From assembly GCA_013285825.1 (NCBI GenBank), contig JABDGV010000002.1, positions 36,581 through 100,580 of the forward strand: 64,000 nucleotides of DNA, in the 5' to 3' direction. A program made the position numbers and the translations under genes. The stretch is from Bacteroidota bacterium (GTDB taxonomy: Bacteria > Chlamydiota > Chlamydiia > Chlamydiales > FEN-1388). This document shows, in pieces, positions 9,560-30,073 of the stretch. How positions within the stretch are numbered: position 1 is the first letter of the stretch; each line of letters opens with the position of its first letter. The notes below the pieces were generated by a model that had not been told where the DNA came from, made no database searches, and saw only the letters and a program-made list of their open reading frames with translations.

Positions 9560-10881
9560 TTTATTTTGTTCGAGAGCCTAGTAGTTCCATATAAGCTGAT
9601 GACGAGTTCATGTGCTCTTTCTCGCATGGTCTGATTTGGCATTAAGTTTACAACCTCCTGGCAAAAACCCTGGATTAAGCAGGCGCGGGCGACATCTTCA
9701 CTAAGCCCTCGAGTACGTAAATAGAAGAGCTGCTCTTTATCGAGCTGTCCTGAAGTTGCTCCGTGCGACGCTTTTACGTCATCAGCAAAAATTTCAAGGT
9801 TTGGCTTCGAGAGCGCCTCAGCGCTGCTATTCAAGATAAGGTTGTTGTTGAGCTGGTACGCCTCTGTTTTTTGCGCTTTTTGCCGAACCCAGATTTTACC
9901 CTCAAAGCTTGAGCGGCTCGAGTCATGGAGCACATTTTTAAAAAGCTGCATGGAAGAGCAGTGCGGCTCTTGATGATCGACAACAACGTGGATATGGCCC
10001 TCTTTCGTTCCTGAAAGCATGTTCACGCCATTTAAGGAAGCGTGGCCATTTTCTCCTGCCATCTGCACTCGGATTGATTTTCGAGAAAAGGCAGCATCTA
10101 CGACCGAAGTCATTGTAAATTTAGCATCTCTCTTAAGATTTGCTCTGAGTGCTGAAAAGTGATGTGCTTCAGAGTTATGAAGATATTGCGAATAAGCACA
10201 AGTAGCGTTGTCTTCAAGTATGAAATCGATATATCGGTTGTCAAACAAGTTTACATATGCGCCTGAAGAAGTATCGACAAAAACAGCTTCGGATGATTTT
10301 CCAAGGGCAATTTGAGCTCGAGGCATTGTCCATGATGGGTGGTCGATATCGTATATGTGGTGGAATTGGATATGCGATTCAAGCTTTTTATTGGGCGGGA
10401 TACAGAGTAAGAGCCCTTCATGATGGCAGGCGTTATTGAGCGAAACAAATGGATCTACCTCTTCTTTTAAGCTCTTGGCCCATGTACCTTGAAGAAGAGA
10501 AGAGTACGCTCGAGATGCCTGCGTAAGAGGCATTATAACAATATCTTTAAGTCCAGAGATATCTGAAAGTTCAGGTCTAAAAGCGCCATTGGCAAAGACT
10601 AAAAAGGAGCCTTTCGCTTCTGGAAGAATATGGGGGTAGAGCGATTCTCTTTTGATCTCACACGCTTCTGCTTTTTCAAGATTGAGTGTAAAAAGAGGAT
10701 CGAGCCGCACATATCGAAAAGCTTCATCATTTGCATCTGGAAGGCCGATTTCGAGAAGGTGGTCCCACGCTTTAAGCCGCTTTTTTCGGAGCATGTCCGG
10801 TTCATAGGGAGAGTCGCAATGCTCTTCAAACTGGCTAAAGAACTGCTCGGCTAAAGTGCATTCTTGAGTAGATTCTGTCAT
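9556..10881 (-). CDS. sufD: Fe-S cluster assembly protein SufD
   Basis: KPNLEIFADDVKASHGAT and LFYLRTRG motifs. Confidence 0.95.
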   Translation of the reverse strand: MTESTQECTLAEQFFSQFEEHCDSPYEPDMLRKKRLKAWDHLLEIGLPDANDEAFRYVRLDPLFTLNLEKAEACEIKRESLYPHILPEAKGSFLVFANGAFRPELSDISGLKDIVIMPLTQASRAYSSLLQGTWAKSLKEEVDPFVSLNNACHHEGLLLCIPPNKKLESHIQFHHIYDIDHPSWTMPRAQIALGKSSEAVFVDTSSGAYVNLFDNRYIDFILEDNATCAYSQYLHNSEAHHFSALRANLKRDAKFTMTSVVDAAFSRKSIRVQMAGENGHASLNGVNMLSGTKEGHIHVVVDHQEPHCSSMQLFKNVLHDSSRSSFEGKIWVRQKAQKTEAYQLNNNLILNSSAEALSKPNLEIFADDVKASHGATSGQLDKEQLFYLRTRGLSEDVARACLIQGFCQEVVNLMPNQTMRERAHELVISLYGTTRLSNKIN

Positions 10882-11651
10882 GGAGTCGCACCTACTTCAG
10901 GCGTTATCCAATCATACCCCTTCTCTTCAAGCTTGAGAGCAAGCTCAGCTCCGCCGGAAAGAACAATTTTGCCATCAATCATCACATGGACAAAGTCTGG
11001 TTTGATGTAGTCTAAAAGGCGCTGGTAGTGGGTAATGAGAAGCAGCCCCTTTTCAGGAGTCATAAGGGTTGTAACGCCTTTCGCTACGATTCGCATCGCA
11101 TCGATATCAAGGCCAGAGTCCGTTTCATCGAGAATCGAGACTTTGGGATCTAAAACGGCCATCTGGAGAATTTCATTTCGTTTTTTCTCGCCGCCTGAAA
11201 AGCCTTCATTGACCGATCGCTCGGAAAACTCATCTCGAACGTCCATCATTTTCATCTTTTCTCTAAGAAGCTTATTAAATGAAGCATCATCAAGAGGCTC
11301 TAATTTCTGCGCTTTTCGATTGGCATTAAGAGCAAGCTGGAGGAACTGACGATTGGAGACTCCAGCCACCTCAACAGGGTATTGGAAACTCATGAACAGG
11401 CCGAGATGAGCGCGCTCTTCTGGGTCGAGCTCTAAAATCTCTTTGCCTTCTAGTCGAACTGTACCGCTAGTAATGTCGTAGGCAGGGTCTCCTGCGAGGA
11501 TCTTAGCAAGAGTTGATTTTCCAGCTCCGTTTGGGCCCATGATAGCATGGATTTGGCCTGGAAGGATCGAGAGGCTGATGCCGTTTAAAATTGGTTTATC
11601 AGCAATGGTAGCTGAGAGATTTTCAATCTCTAAAATAGGGTTTTTGGGCAT
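10878..11651 (-). CDS. sufC: Fe-S cluster assembly ATPase SufC
   Basis: GPNGAGKST, FSGGEKKRNEI and LDETDSGLDID motifs. Confidence 0.97.
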   Translation of the reverse strand: MPKNPILEIENLSATIADKPILNGISLSILPGQIHAIMGPNGAGKSTLAKILAGDPAYDITSGTVRLEGKEILELDPEERAHLGLFMSFQYPVEVAGVSNRQFLQLALNANRKAQKLEPLDDASFNKLLREKMKMMDVRDEFSERSVNEGFSGGEKKRNEILQMAVLDPKVSILDETDSGLDIDAMRIVAKGVTTLMTPEKGLLLITHYQRLLDYIKPDFVHVMIDGKIVLSGGAELALKLEEKGYDWITPEVGATP

Positions 11652-11656
11652 AAATA

Positions 11657-13129
11657 TTATCCGACTGAATGCTCAAGCTTGAGTGTTAATAGATTTTTAG
11701 CTTCCTGAGCGAACTCGAAAGGAAGCTCATCGAGAACTTTTTTGCAGAAACCGTTGACAATTAGGTTTACGGCATCTTCAAAAGAAATTCCGCGTGATCT
11801 GAAGTAAAAAAGCTGCTCTTCATTGAGTTTTGAAGTAGAAGCTTCATGCTCCAGCTGGCTGGAAGCGTTGTGGTTTTCGATATAGGGAAAGGTGTTGGCG
11901 GAGCAGCGATCGCCCACTAGCATCGAGTCGCACTGAGTATAATTTCTCGCCCCTTCAGCTTTGCCTACAATCTTAACAAGGCCTCGATAGGTGTTGTGGG
12001 ACTGCTCGGCAGCAATTCCCTTTGAAACTATCGTCGAAGTAGTGTTTTTGCCGATGTGGACCATTTTGGTTCCAGTATCGGCCTGCATAAAACCGTTGGT
12101 GAGGGCGACAGAGTAAAATTCACCGACAGAGTTATCCCCTTTCAAGATGCAGCCTGGGTATTTCCAGGTGATTGCAGCACCAGCTTCAACTTGTGTCCAG
12201 GAGATTTTTGAGGACTCTCCAGCGCAAAGCCCTCGCTTGGTCACGAAGTTATAGACACCGCCCTCTCCAGTCTTGGGATTGCCGGCATACCAGTTTTGAA
12301 TCGTCGAGTATTTAATTTCAGCTCGGTTGTGGGCGACAAGTTCAACGACTGCTGCGTGGAGCTGGTTATTATCAAAGGCGGGCGCTGTGCAGCCCTCTAA
12401 GTAGCTGACGTGGGAGTCATCTTCGGCAATGATGAGCGTTCTCTCAAACTGGCCGCTCTCTTTATCGTTGATGCGGAAATAGGTCGAAAGCTCCATTGGG
12501 CAGCGAACGCCTTTGGGAATGTAGACGAAGGAGCCGTCGGTGAAGACGGCTGAGTTGAGAGCGGCAAAAAAGTTGTCATGAATAGGCACAACCGAAGCCA
12601 TGTATTTTTTAACGAGGTCTGGGTAGGTTTGGATAGCTTCCGAGATGGAGCAGAGAATGACTCCTGCCTCTTTGAGCTTGCTTTGGAATGTGGTGCCTAA
12701 AGAGACCGAGTCAAAAACAACGTCGACTGCGACGTTGACGAGCCGCTTTTGCTCATCGACTGGAATGCCGAGACGCTCGAAGGTTTTCAAAAGTTCAGGT
12801 TCAGCATCTGAGAGCTTATTGAGTAGAGGCTTGTGCTTGGGAGCAGAGTAGTAGGTGATGTTCTGATAGTCGATAGGCCCATAGCGAAGGTTTGCCCAGC
12901 GAGGCTCTTTCATCTCCTTCCACTTGTTAAAAGCTTTGAGACGAAAGTCGAGCATCCAATCGGGTTCATTTTTCTTCTTAGAAAGCGCACGAACGATCTC
13001 TTCGTTTAACCCTTTGGGGAAGGATTCTGTCTCGATATCCGTGACGAATCCATACTTATAGTCGCCGCGGCTATAGTCCTGCCCTTTTGCTTCTGCCAAA
13101 TCTGTAGTATCTGTTAAATCTGCTGCCAC
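11657..13129 (-). CDS. sufB: Fe-S cluster assembly protein SufB
   Basis: [16 protein letters not shown] and QADTGTKM motifs. Confidence 0.97.
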   Translation of the reverse strand: MAADLTDTTDLAEAKGQDYSRGDYKYGFVTDIETESFPKGLNEEIVRALSKKKNEPDWMLDFRLKAFNKWKEMKEPRWANLRYGPIDYQNITYYSAPKHKPLLNKLSDAEPELLKTFERLGIPVDEQKRLVNVAVDVVFDSVSLGTTFQSKLKEAGVILCSISEAIQTYPDLVKKYMASVVPIHDNFFAALNSAVFTDGSFVYIPKGVRCPMELSTYFRINDKESGQFERTLIIAEDDSHVSYLEGCTAPAFDNNQLHAAVVELVAHNRAEIKYSTIQNWYAGNPKTGEGGVYNFVTKRGLCAGESSKISWTQVEAGAAITWKYPGCILKGDNSVGEFYSVALTNGFMQADTGTKMVHIGKNTTSTIVSKGIAAEQSHNTYRGLVKIVGKAEGARNYTQCDSMLVGDRCSANTFPYIENHNASSQLEHEASTSKLNEEQLFYFRSRGISFEDAVNLIVNGFCKKVLDELPFEFAQEAKNLLTLKLEHSVG

Positions 13130-13246
13130 AAAAATTCATTAAATTAAAATTGGTACTTATAATAAACGGAATTTGTGTTTGTGACCAGAGATTTAAGTTC
13201 CTTCATAAGATCGACTTTAACAATCCAATGGAGTTTTGCAGAAAGC

Positions 13247-14062
13247 TCATGTGTTTCGATAAAACAGGGCTCGAAGAAACGGTGCGTCCATAGTATATGT
13301 GGGGCCTGAGACAGTGTTGGTAGTGAGGTTGATTTTGGTAATATTAGTTGAGCCTTCATAGGCTATAAGTGCGTATAGTCCATCTGCCGTGATGGAAATT
13401 GCAGTCGGGTTGCTGTTTACAGAAATGGTCGTGCTAACGGTATTGCTGCTTAAGTCGATGACTGAGATGTTGCTTGATCCCATGTTGGGGATATACGCAT
13501 AATTTCCATTGGGGGTAATATCGATGTCCATCGGATTTGTTCCGACAGAAATAGTGGAGCCTGTTACGGTATTTGTGCTCAAATCAATGACTGAGACGTT
13601 ATTATCATCTGCATTAACCACATAGGCATAATCACCGTTCGGTGTAATACGAATACCTTGAGGGTTAGTTCCGACAGAAATGGGAGAGCCCGTTACGGTA
13701 TTTGTGCTCAAATCAATAATTGAGATGTTGTTGTCGCCTGAATTTACCACGTAGCCAGTCGAACTATCAGAAGTAATAGCCATATCTATAGGAGTTGAGC
13801 CGACAGCTATCGACACATTGGTGAGTGTATTGATAGTGAGGTCATAGACGGTGACATCATTTGATCCCGAAGTGAGGATATAGGCCCAATGTCTATTAGG
13901 TGTGTAGGAGATGAGCATGGGGTTAATAGCAGTCTTCTCGAGTAGAGTAGAAACTTGTAAATCCCCTGCTTCAATGTCAGGTGTATTTGTAAGAAGCGCG
14001 CTGGAAACGAGGATGACCGCACTTGCAAAAAGTACATACAGCATTGGTTTAAACAGGTTCAT
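13247..14062 (-). CDS. Short secreted YVTN beta-propeller protein (class A)
   Basis: MNLFKP leader, about five YVTN repeats, ends LFYRNT; lacks the C-terminal domain. Confidence 0.88.
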   Translation of the reverse strand: MNLFKPMLYVLFASAVILVSSALLTNTPDIEAGDLQVSTLLEKTAINPMLISYTPNRHWAYILTSGSNDVTVYDLTINTLTNVSIAVGSTPIDMAITSDSSTGYVVNSGDNNISIIDLSTNTVTGSPISVGTNPQGIRITPNGDYAYVVNADDNNVSVIDLSTNTVTGSTISVGTNPMDIDITPNGNYAYIPNMGSSNISVIDLSSNTVSTTISVNSNPTAISITADGLYALIAYEGSTNITKINLTTNTVSGPTYTMDAPFLRALFYRNT

Positions 14063-14096
14063 ATAAAAGCACCTTCATTAATTTTGCATTCCCTAT

Positions 14097-14125
14097 CCTA
14101 TACTGGGGATAGGGGTTTGTAACAA
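14097..14125 (-). promoter_or_regulatory. Array promoter-like motif TTGTTA-N17-TATAGG
   Basis: One of seven conserved copies, 35 bp upstream of the 14062 start. Confidence 0.6.
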
Positions 14126-14142
14126 TTTTTTTTACTCCAACG

Positions 14143-20610
<6,468 letters not shown>

Positions 20611-20653
20611 CTAAATCGGTTGGTATAAAAACCTTAAAAGATTTTGGCTCTTA

Positions 20654-20682
20654 CCTATAAAGAAGCTGAGTGATTGTAACAA
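20654..20682 (-). promoter_or_regulatory. Array promoter-like motif TTGTTA-N17-TATAGG
   Basis: Conserved copy upstream of the 2144-aa gene. Confidence 0.6.
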
Positions 20683-20759
20683 GTTTTTTTAAATTCTAAC
20701 TCTTGAAATAGGATTCAATGGGAAGGATATTCAAATAGGTCACTCACAATATTGGTCGA

Positions 20760-20835
20760 AAGATCCATGCAAGATCCATGAAAGATCCATGAAAGATCCA
20801 TGAGAGATCAAGGACTGCTCCATCACTGCTCCATT
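20760..20835. repeat. 11-bp tandem repeats: (aagatccatgM)x4 plus one degenerate copy, then (actgctccatY)x2
   Basis: Read directly from the sequence. Confidence 0.85.
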
Positions 20836-20838
20836 AAT

Positions 20839-20877
20839 TAGAAACCCCATTTGCCTTGATGACAAATGGAGTTTCTA
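20839..20877 (-). terminator. Stem-loop downstream of the 20904..21701 gene, probable terminator
   Basis: tagaaaccccatttg ... caaatggagtttcta inverted repeat about 26 bp past the stop codon. Confidence 0.5.
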
Positions 20878-20903
20878 TAAGAGCATGAGCAGTTAAAAAT
20901 TCT

Positions 20904-21701
20904 TTAAGGGTTTCTCATAAAAAGACTTTGTAGCTGTAATCCCACATCAAATGAAGGACCTGACACGCTGTTGTTGGATAGAATGATTTTTGTGGCCATA
21001 GTGGAGCCTTCATAGCCAACAAGTGCATATTTTCCATCTTTTGTGATGAAAATTCTATCAGGGTTAGTGTCTACAGAAATTGAGGAGCCCACAGTATTGT
21101 TGCTAAGTGTGATGATTGAGATATTGTTAGAACCTGTGTTCGTGACATAGGCATAGTTCCCGTTTGGAGTAATCGAAATGTCTGAAGGGGAAGTTCCTAG
21201 AGCGATAGGAGAGCCGGTTACGACATTTGTTCCCAGGTTAATTATAGAGGCAGTGTTGTCGCCTTCATTTACCACATAGGCTAATAGACCGTTAGGAGCA
21301 ATAGCAATACCTTGAGGATTATGTCCTACAGATATGGTTCCTGTGACGGTATTTGTAGCGACATCAATAACTGAGACGTTGTTTGAACCGGAGTTGACTG
21401 TATACACAGTTGTTCCATTTGGGGTGACAGCAATATCTACTGGGGTTGTGCCGACGGCTATGGATACATTTGTGAGAGTGTTTGTGGTGAGGTCATAGAC
21501 AGTGACATTATTCGAGCCGGAAGTGAGGATATAGGCCCAATGACCATCAGGGGTGTAGGTGATAACCATTGGGTTGATGGTTGGCCCTTTAGAGATTAAA
21601 GAGGAAGTTTTTACGGCCTCCTGCCAATTGGTTGGTCCAGCTGCAAAAAGTGAATGCGAGCATGCAACTGCTACAAAAAACATTGGCTTCAATAGGTTCA
21701 T
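20904..21701 (-). CDS. Short secreted YVTN beta-propeller protein (class A)
   Basis: MNLLKP leader, about five YVTN repeats, ends FMRNP. Confidence 0.88.
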   Translation of the reverse strand: MNLLKPMFFVAVACSHSLFAAGPTNWQEAVKTSSLISKGPTINPMVITYTPDGHWAYILTSGSNNVTVYDLTTNTLTNVSIAVGTTPVDIAVTPNGTTVYTVNSGSNNVSVIDVATNTVTGTISVGHNPQGIAIAPNGLLAYVVNEGDNTASIINLGTNVVTGSPIALGTSPSDISITPNGNYAYVTNTGSNNISIITLSNNTVGSSISVDTNPDRIFITKDGKYALVGYEGSTMATKIILSNNSVSGPSFDVGLQLQSLFMRNP

Positions 21702-21730
21702 ATAAAAACACCTTATTTGAGTTATCTCAA

Positions 21731-21759
21731 TCTATATTGATAACAGCGGATTGAGACAA
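21731..21759 (-). promoter_or_regulatory. Array promoter-like motif variant TTGTCT-N17-TATAGA
   Basis: Same spacing and relative position as the other copies. Confidence 0.5.
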
Positions 21760-21765
21760 GTTTTT

Positions 21766-23073
21766 TTAATTTTGCAAGCTCTGCACATCCAGTGGGGTAA
21801 ATGGACTGCGTAGGTTGTTTGAATTGACGGCGCGAACCTTATATTTTGCATGGAGATATCGTCGGTACTTCTTTGACCAGTCATGATCATGAGTATCTTG
21901 TGGATGAAGAGTGTGGATAAAGACAAGGGGGGCGTTGCTCGGAACAATAGCGAGAAGCTGGTCAAATGCAAAAATCTCATAGGCGATGATATTGGAAGAA
22001 ATGCTTGCAAGCCATTCAGCTTTCAATGTGAATTTGCCCTTATGCTGTATGACATTTCCGTTAAATGAAAAAGGTTGAAACAGGGATGAGGATGCAGGAT
22101 GGAAAGGGGGAGCGATAGCCACTCCTACAGGTATCGATCCTACGGGGATAGGGGATCCTGTCACACTGTTCGTGCTGAGGTCAATCACCCCTACTTCATC
22201 TAGGCCTGTATAGGTGACATAAGCAAAAGCTCCATCAGCAGTGATAGCAATTCCGTGAGGCTCACTAAAGAGGGGAAGCAAGATGATTGCTGTTACCATG
22301 TTGGTAGCTGTACTAATAACCTCAACATCATCAGAGTTAAAGTCTGCCACGTACACAAACAGCCCATTAGGAGTGATGGCAAGAGCCAGTGGGTTAATTC
22401 CAACAGTAATCGGCGATCCTACCACCATATTGGTCGTGGTATCTATGACGGACACCGTTCCAGACACATTATTGGCTACATAGGCAAACAGTCCGTTTGG
22501 AGTGATGGCAACAGCCGCTGGGTTAAGCCCAACTGAAATGGGTGATCCTACAACAGTGTTGGTAGCTGTATTTATAACTGTCACATTGTGTGAGCTTGTA
22601 TTAGTTACGTAGGCGTATACCCCATTCGGAGTTGAGCCAATGGCGATACCAACAGGAATAGATCCAACAGGAATGGGCGATCCTACAATAGTATTTGAAG
22701 CTATATCTATGACCGACACGGTATCAGAGAGTTCATTAACTACATAGGCAAACAATCCATCAGGAGTAATGGCTACAGCCGTTGGGACATGTCCAACTGG
22801 GATGGTTGCAATAACCATATCGGAAGCGGTATCTATGACGGATACAGTATTATCACCCCTATTTGGTACGTATACAAATTCCCCATTAGGGGTAATGGCA
22901 AGATACGCTGGGGCTGTTCCTACTGGAATGGGAGATCCCACAACAGTATTGGTGCTGATATCAATGACGCTTACTGTATCATCGCCTTGATTACCCACAT
23001 AAGCAAACGGGGCGGCAAAGAGAGTGTGAGCAGATAATAAAAGTGTGAAGAGAAGAGAGGGTAAAAATTTCAT
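21766..23073 (-). CDS. Secreted YVTN beta-propeller protein with FN3-like C-terminal domain (class B)
   Basis: MKFL signal peptide (ATG 23073), seven YVTN repeats, conserved C-terminal domain. Confidence 0.9.
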   Translation of the reverse strand: MKFLPSLLFTLLLSAHTLFAAPFAYVGNQGDDTVSVIDISTNTVVGSPIPVGTAPAYLAITPNGEFVYVPNRGDNTVSVIDTASDMVIATIPVGHVPTAVAITPDGLFAYVVNELSDTVSVIDIASNTIVGSPIPVGSIPVGIAIGSTPNGVYAYVTNTSSHNVTVINTATNTVVGSPISVGLNPAAVAITPNGLFAYVANNVSGTVSVIDTTTNMVVGSPITVGINPLALAITPNGLFVYVADFNSDDVEVISTATNMVTAIILLPLFSEPHGIAITADGAFAYVTYTGLDEVGVIDLSTNSVTGSPIPVGSIPVGVAIAPPFHPASSSLFQPFSFNGNVIQHKGKFTLKAEWLASISSNIIAYEIFAFDQLLAIVPSNAPLVFIHTLHPQDTHDHDWSKKYRRYLHAKYKVRAVNSNNLRSPFTPLDVQSLQN

Positions 23074-23124
23074 CTGCACACACTCTTTAATCGAATTGAT
23101 AAACGTCGCCACTGAATAAAATTC

Positions 23125-23925
23125 CTATGGGTTTCGTTGGAAAAGGATTTGTAGGACCTCGCTTGATATCATACTCACTGCTGGATTCGACACGCTGTTG
23201 TTTGAGAGGTCTATCTCAGAAGTTGTATTTGAGTTTGCATAAGCTACAAAGGCGGTTTTCCCATTTCTTAGGATGGCAATGGCATTCGGACTGCTGCTTA
23301 CCGCAATCGTGGAAGTAACTGTATTGGTATTGAGGTTGATTATAGAGATGCTATTTGAACCCTTATTTACCACATAGGCAAACGCTCCATTCGGGGTGAT
23401 AGCGATATCGTAGGGAGATGTCCCGACAGGTATGGTTGAAGTGATGGTATTTGAGAGCAAATGGATGACGCAGACGCTGCTGTCGCCGGCATTAACCACA
23501 TAAGCATATTGTCCATCGGGAGTGATAGCAATACCTTGAGGGTTTGTGCCGACAGATATGGTTGAGGTAACTGTATTTGTGGTGAGGTTGATGATTGAGA
23601 GGTTGTTCGAACCAGAATTTACGACATAAGCATACAAGCCATCAGGGGTTATGGCAATATCTACAGGGGTTGTACCAACCGGTATTGTCACATCTGTGAG
23701 TACTGGGATGGAAAGGTCATAGACATAAACACTATTTGATCCTGAAGCGAGTATATAGGCCCATTTTCCCCCAGGGCAGAAGGCAAACATAGTGGGAGTG
23801 ATCGTTCCCCCCTTCTCAAGCAGGTAAGAAACTTGAACATCAAATATTTCACTGTTGGGTGAAGCTGCAAAAAGTGCAGTACCGATTGCAAGAGCTGAAT
23901 AGAGTATTGGCTTCAATAGGTTCAT
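23125..23925 (-). CDS. Short secreted YVTN beta-propeller protein (class A)
   Basis: MNLLKP leader, about five YVTN repeats, ends FQRNP. Confidence 0.88.
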   Translation of the reverse strand: MNLLKPILYSALAIGTALFAASPNSEIFDVQVSYLLEKGGTITPTMFAFCPGGKWAYILASGSNSVYVYDLSIPVLTDVTIPVGTTPVDIAITPDGLYAYVVNSGSNNLSIINLTTNTVTSTISVGTNPQGIAITPDGQYAYVVNAGDSSVCVIHLLSNTITSTIPVGTSPYDIAITPNGAFAYVVNKGSNSISIINLNTNTVTSTIAVSSSPNAIAILRNGKTAFVAYANSNTTSEIDLSNNSVSNPAVSMISSEVLQILFQRNP

Positions 23926-23958
23926 CTAAAAAACCTTGAGTAGAGACTTTGACTCTTA

Positions 23959-23987
23959 CCTATAAAGAAGATGAGTCATTGTAACAA
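23959..23987 (-). promoter_or_regulatory. Array promoter-like motif TTGTTA-N17-TATAGG
   Basis: Conserved copy upstream of the 23925 start. Confidence 0.6.
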
Positions 23988-24030
23988 TATTATTTAATTG
24001 TACAACTTTTGCACTTCCAATAGAGCTTAT

Positions 24031-25938
<1,908 letters not shown>

Positions 25939-26769
25939 CTATGGGTTTCGTTGAAAAAGGGTTTGCAGGACTGATTTTGCATTTTGCAAGGTATGATTTG
26001 ATACTGTGCTGCTCGTCAGGTCAATTTTAGAGTTATGACTCGTAAGGTCTATTTTAGTGGCCATATTTGAGTTTGCATAGCCAACATAAGCATAGAGGCC
26101 ATCTTTCGTGACTAATATAGTATTCGGACTCGTTTCGACAGCAATAGTGGACTCAACGGTATTGTTGCTGAGGTCGATGATTGAGACATTGTTTGAACCC
26201 ATGTTCGCAACGTACGCAGCTGTTCCATCCGAAGTAATCGATAGGTCGTAGGGAGTTGTGCCGACAGGTATGGTCGAGGTAATAGTATTGCTGCTTAAAT
26301 CAATGACTGAAACGGTATTATCGCCCGCATTGGCCACATAGGCAAAATTCCCATTGGGAGTAATGCCAATAGCTTGAGGGTTTGTGCCGACAGCAAAGGT
26401 TGAAATGACGGTATTAGTGCTGATATCGATGATTGAGACCGTGTTATCCCCTGAATTTACCACATAGACAGATGTTCCATCGGGAGTAACTGCGAGGTCC
26501 ACAGGAGTTGTGCCCACGGGTATTGGTACATTAATGAGTACAGGGATAGAGAGTTCATAGATGTAGACACTATTCGATCCGGAAGCAAGTATATAGGCGG
26601 ATCTTTTTCCCGGTGTGAAGGCAAACATAATGGGAGTGATAGTTGGGCCTTTCTCAAATACGTAAGAAGCTTGTAGTTCCGATGGCTGAAGGAGCTCTAT
26701 TTCACTTTTTGCTAAAAGTGTTTGTGCAATTGCAAGAGCTGCATAGAGCGTTGGCTTAACTAGGTTCAT
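25939..26769 (-). CDS. Short secreted YVTN beta-propeller protein (class A)
   Basis: MNLVKP leader, about five YVTN repeats, ends FQRNP. Confidence 0.88.
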   Translation of the reverse strand: MNLVKPTLYAALAIAQTLLAKSEIELLQPSELQASYVFEKGPTITPIMFAFTPGKRSAYILASGSNSVYIYELSIPVLINVPIPVGTTPVDLAVTPDGTSVYVVNSGDNTVSIIDISTNTVISTFAVGTNPQAIGITPNGNFAYVANAGDNTVSVIDLSSNTITSTIPVGTTPYDLSITSDGTAAYVANMGSNNVSIIDLSNNTVESTIAVETSPNTILVTKDGLYAYVGYANSNMATKIDLTSHNSKIDLTSSTVSNHTLQNAKSVLQTLFQRNP

Positions 26770-26803
26770 CTACAAAAACCTTAAATAGAGACTATATCTT
26801 CTA

Positions 26804-26833
26804 CCTATAGTGAAGAAACACTTTTGTAAACAA
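26804..26833 (-). promoter_or_regulatory. Array promoter-like motif variant TTGTTT-N18-TATAGG
   Basis: Conserved copy upstream of the 26769 start. Confidence 0.5.
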
Positions 26834-26839
26834 GGTTTT

Positions 26840-28680
<1,841 letters not shown>

Positions 28681-28684
<4 letters not shown>

Positions 28685-28719
28685 ATGCACACACTCTTTG
28701 TTGGTTTAAACAGGTTCAT
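28681..28719 (-). pseudogene. 12-codon remnant of a deleted class A gene ([12 protein letters not shown])
   Basis: Starts with the class A leader MNLFKP and joins directly to the aaagagtgtgtgca sequence that precedes class B starts; its TGA overlaps the next ATG. Confidence 0.7.
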
Positions 28720-28751
28720 CTACAAAACCTCAAAACAGACTTTGACTTTTA

Positions 28752-28780
28752 CCCATACGGAAGATGAGTATTGATAACAA
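28752..28780 (-). promoter_or_regulatory. Array promoter-like motif TTGTTA-N17-TATGGG
   Basis: Conserved copy upstream of the class A remnant. Confidence 0.55.
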
Positions 28781-28786
28781 TATTTT

Positions 28787-30073
28787 TTAATTTAGAAAGC
28801 TCTGTATACCTAATTGGGTAAATTCACTTCGTGCGTTGTTTGAATCGACCGCCCGTACTTTGTATTTCGTGTTGAGATACTTTTTGAACTTCTTTTCCCA
28901 ATGGCTTCTGTTGGTATGGCGGGTATGAAGGGTTTTTTTAAAGACTAGCGGTTTTGAACTGGGGATGGTTGCAAGAAGCTTGTCAAATGCAAAAATTTCA
29001 TAGGCAACGATATTTGGGGAATTGCTTGGAAGCCATTCTGCTTTTAATTTGTACTTGCCATGATGCTTGATGACTTTGCCGTGAAATTGGAGGGGTTGAA
29101 ACAGGAAAGGAGCGATGGCAATGCCGAAAGGCGAGCTTCCGACAAGGATAGGCGAGCCTGAAGCACTGTTTGATGTCAGATCAATTATTCCCACTTCATT
29201 GAGGCTAAAATAGGAGACATAAGCAATTTTTCCATTTGCTGTGATGGCGATCTCAATGGGAAAACTGCCAGCAGGAAGGAGAATAGGAGAGCCTACTATC
29301 ATATTGGTCGAAAGATCAATAATAGATAAATCGTCCGATGCGCCATTGGTCACGTAGGCAAATTTGCCATCAGGAGTGATTGCCATATCATGAGATCCGG
29401 CCCCGAGTAATATAGGCGATCCTGTAACCATATTGGTTGAAAGATCAATAACCGAAATAGTGGCTGCATTAGTATTGATTACATAGGCAAACAGTCCGTT
29501 GGGAGTTATAGCGATATCATCGGGACCTGCTCCAACTGAGATTGGAGATCCAGTCACACTATTGCTGGAGAGATCTATAACGGATACCGTATTGGCTCCA
29601 AAATTCGTTACATAGGCAAAACTGCCATTAGGTATTATGGCGATGCTAAAGGGTAGAAGTCCTACAGAAATAGGCGACCCAGTAACAGTATTTGTCGAAA
29701 GATCAATAACCGAGACAGTGCTCGAATCACTATTTACAACATAGGCAAACTTTCCGTTGGGAGTAATAGCAATACTTTGCGGAAATACCCCAACTCCAAT
29801 GGGAGAGCCTAAGGTAGTATTGGTCGCAAGGTCAATGACGGAAACGTTGTTGGACACAGCATTTACCACATAAGCAAACTGCCCATCAGGAGTGATCGCG
29901 ATCGATAGAGGATCCGTTCCAACGGGAATGGGAGAGCCAACTACCGTATTAGTGCTGGTATCGATGACCGAGACAGTATTATCTCCAGAATTGGCAACAT
30001 AGGCAAATGGGGCTGCAGAGAGGGTTTGTGCAGAAAAGAGGATTGCACAAATGAGAGAGGATAAAAATTTCAT
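28787..30073 (-). CDS. Secreted YVTN beta-propeller protein with FN3-like C-terminal domain (class B)
   Basis: MKFL leader, seven YVTN repeats, conserved tail. Confidence 0.9.
   Translation of the reverse strand: MKFLSSLICAILFSAQTLSAAPFAYVANSGDNTVSVIDTSTNTVVGSPIPVGTDPLSIAITPDGQFAYVVNAVSNNVSVIDLATNTTLGSPIGVGVFPQSIAITPNGKFAYVVNSDSSTVSVIDLSTNTVTGSPISVGLLPFSIAIIPNGSFAYVTNFGANTVSVIDLSSNSVTGSPISVGAGPDDIAITPNGLFAYVINTNAATISVIDLSTNMVTGSPILLGAGSHDMAITPDGKFAYVTNGASDDLSIIDLSTNMIVGSPILLPAGSFPIEIAITANGKIAYVSYFSLNEVGIIDLTSNSASGSPILVGSSPFGIAIAPFLFQPLQFHGKVIKHHGKYKLKAEWLPSNSPNIVAYEIFAFDKLLATIPSSKPLVFKKTLHTRHTNRSHWEKKFKKYLNTKYKVRAVDSNNARSEFTQLGIQSFLN

Noticed and set aside
20760-20835. Possible CRISPR array
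   Set aside because: Units are 11 bp and adjacent with no spacers; no cas genes in the window
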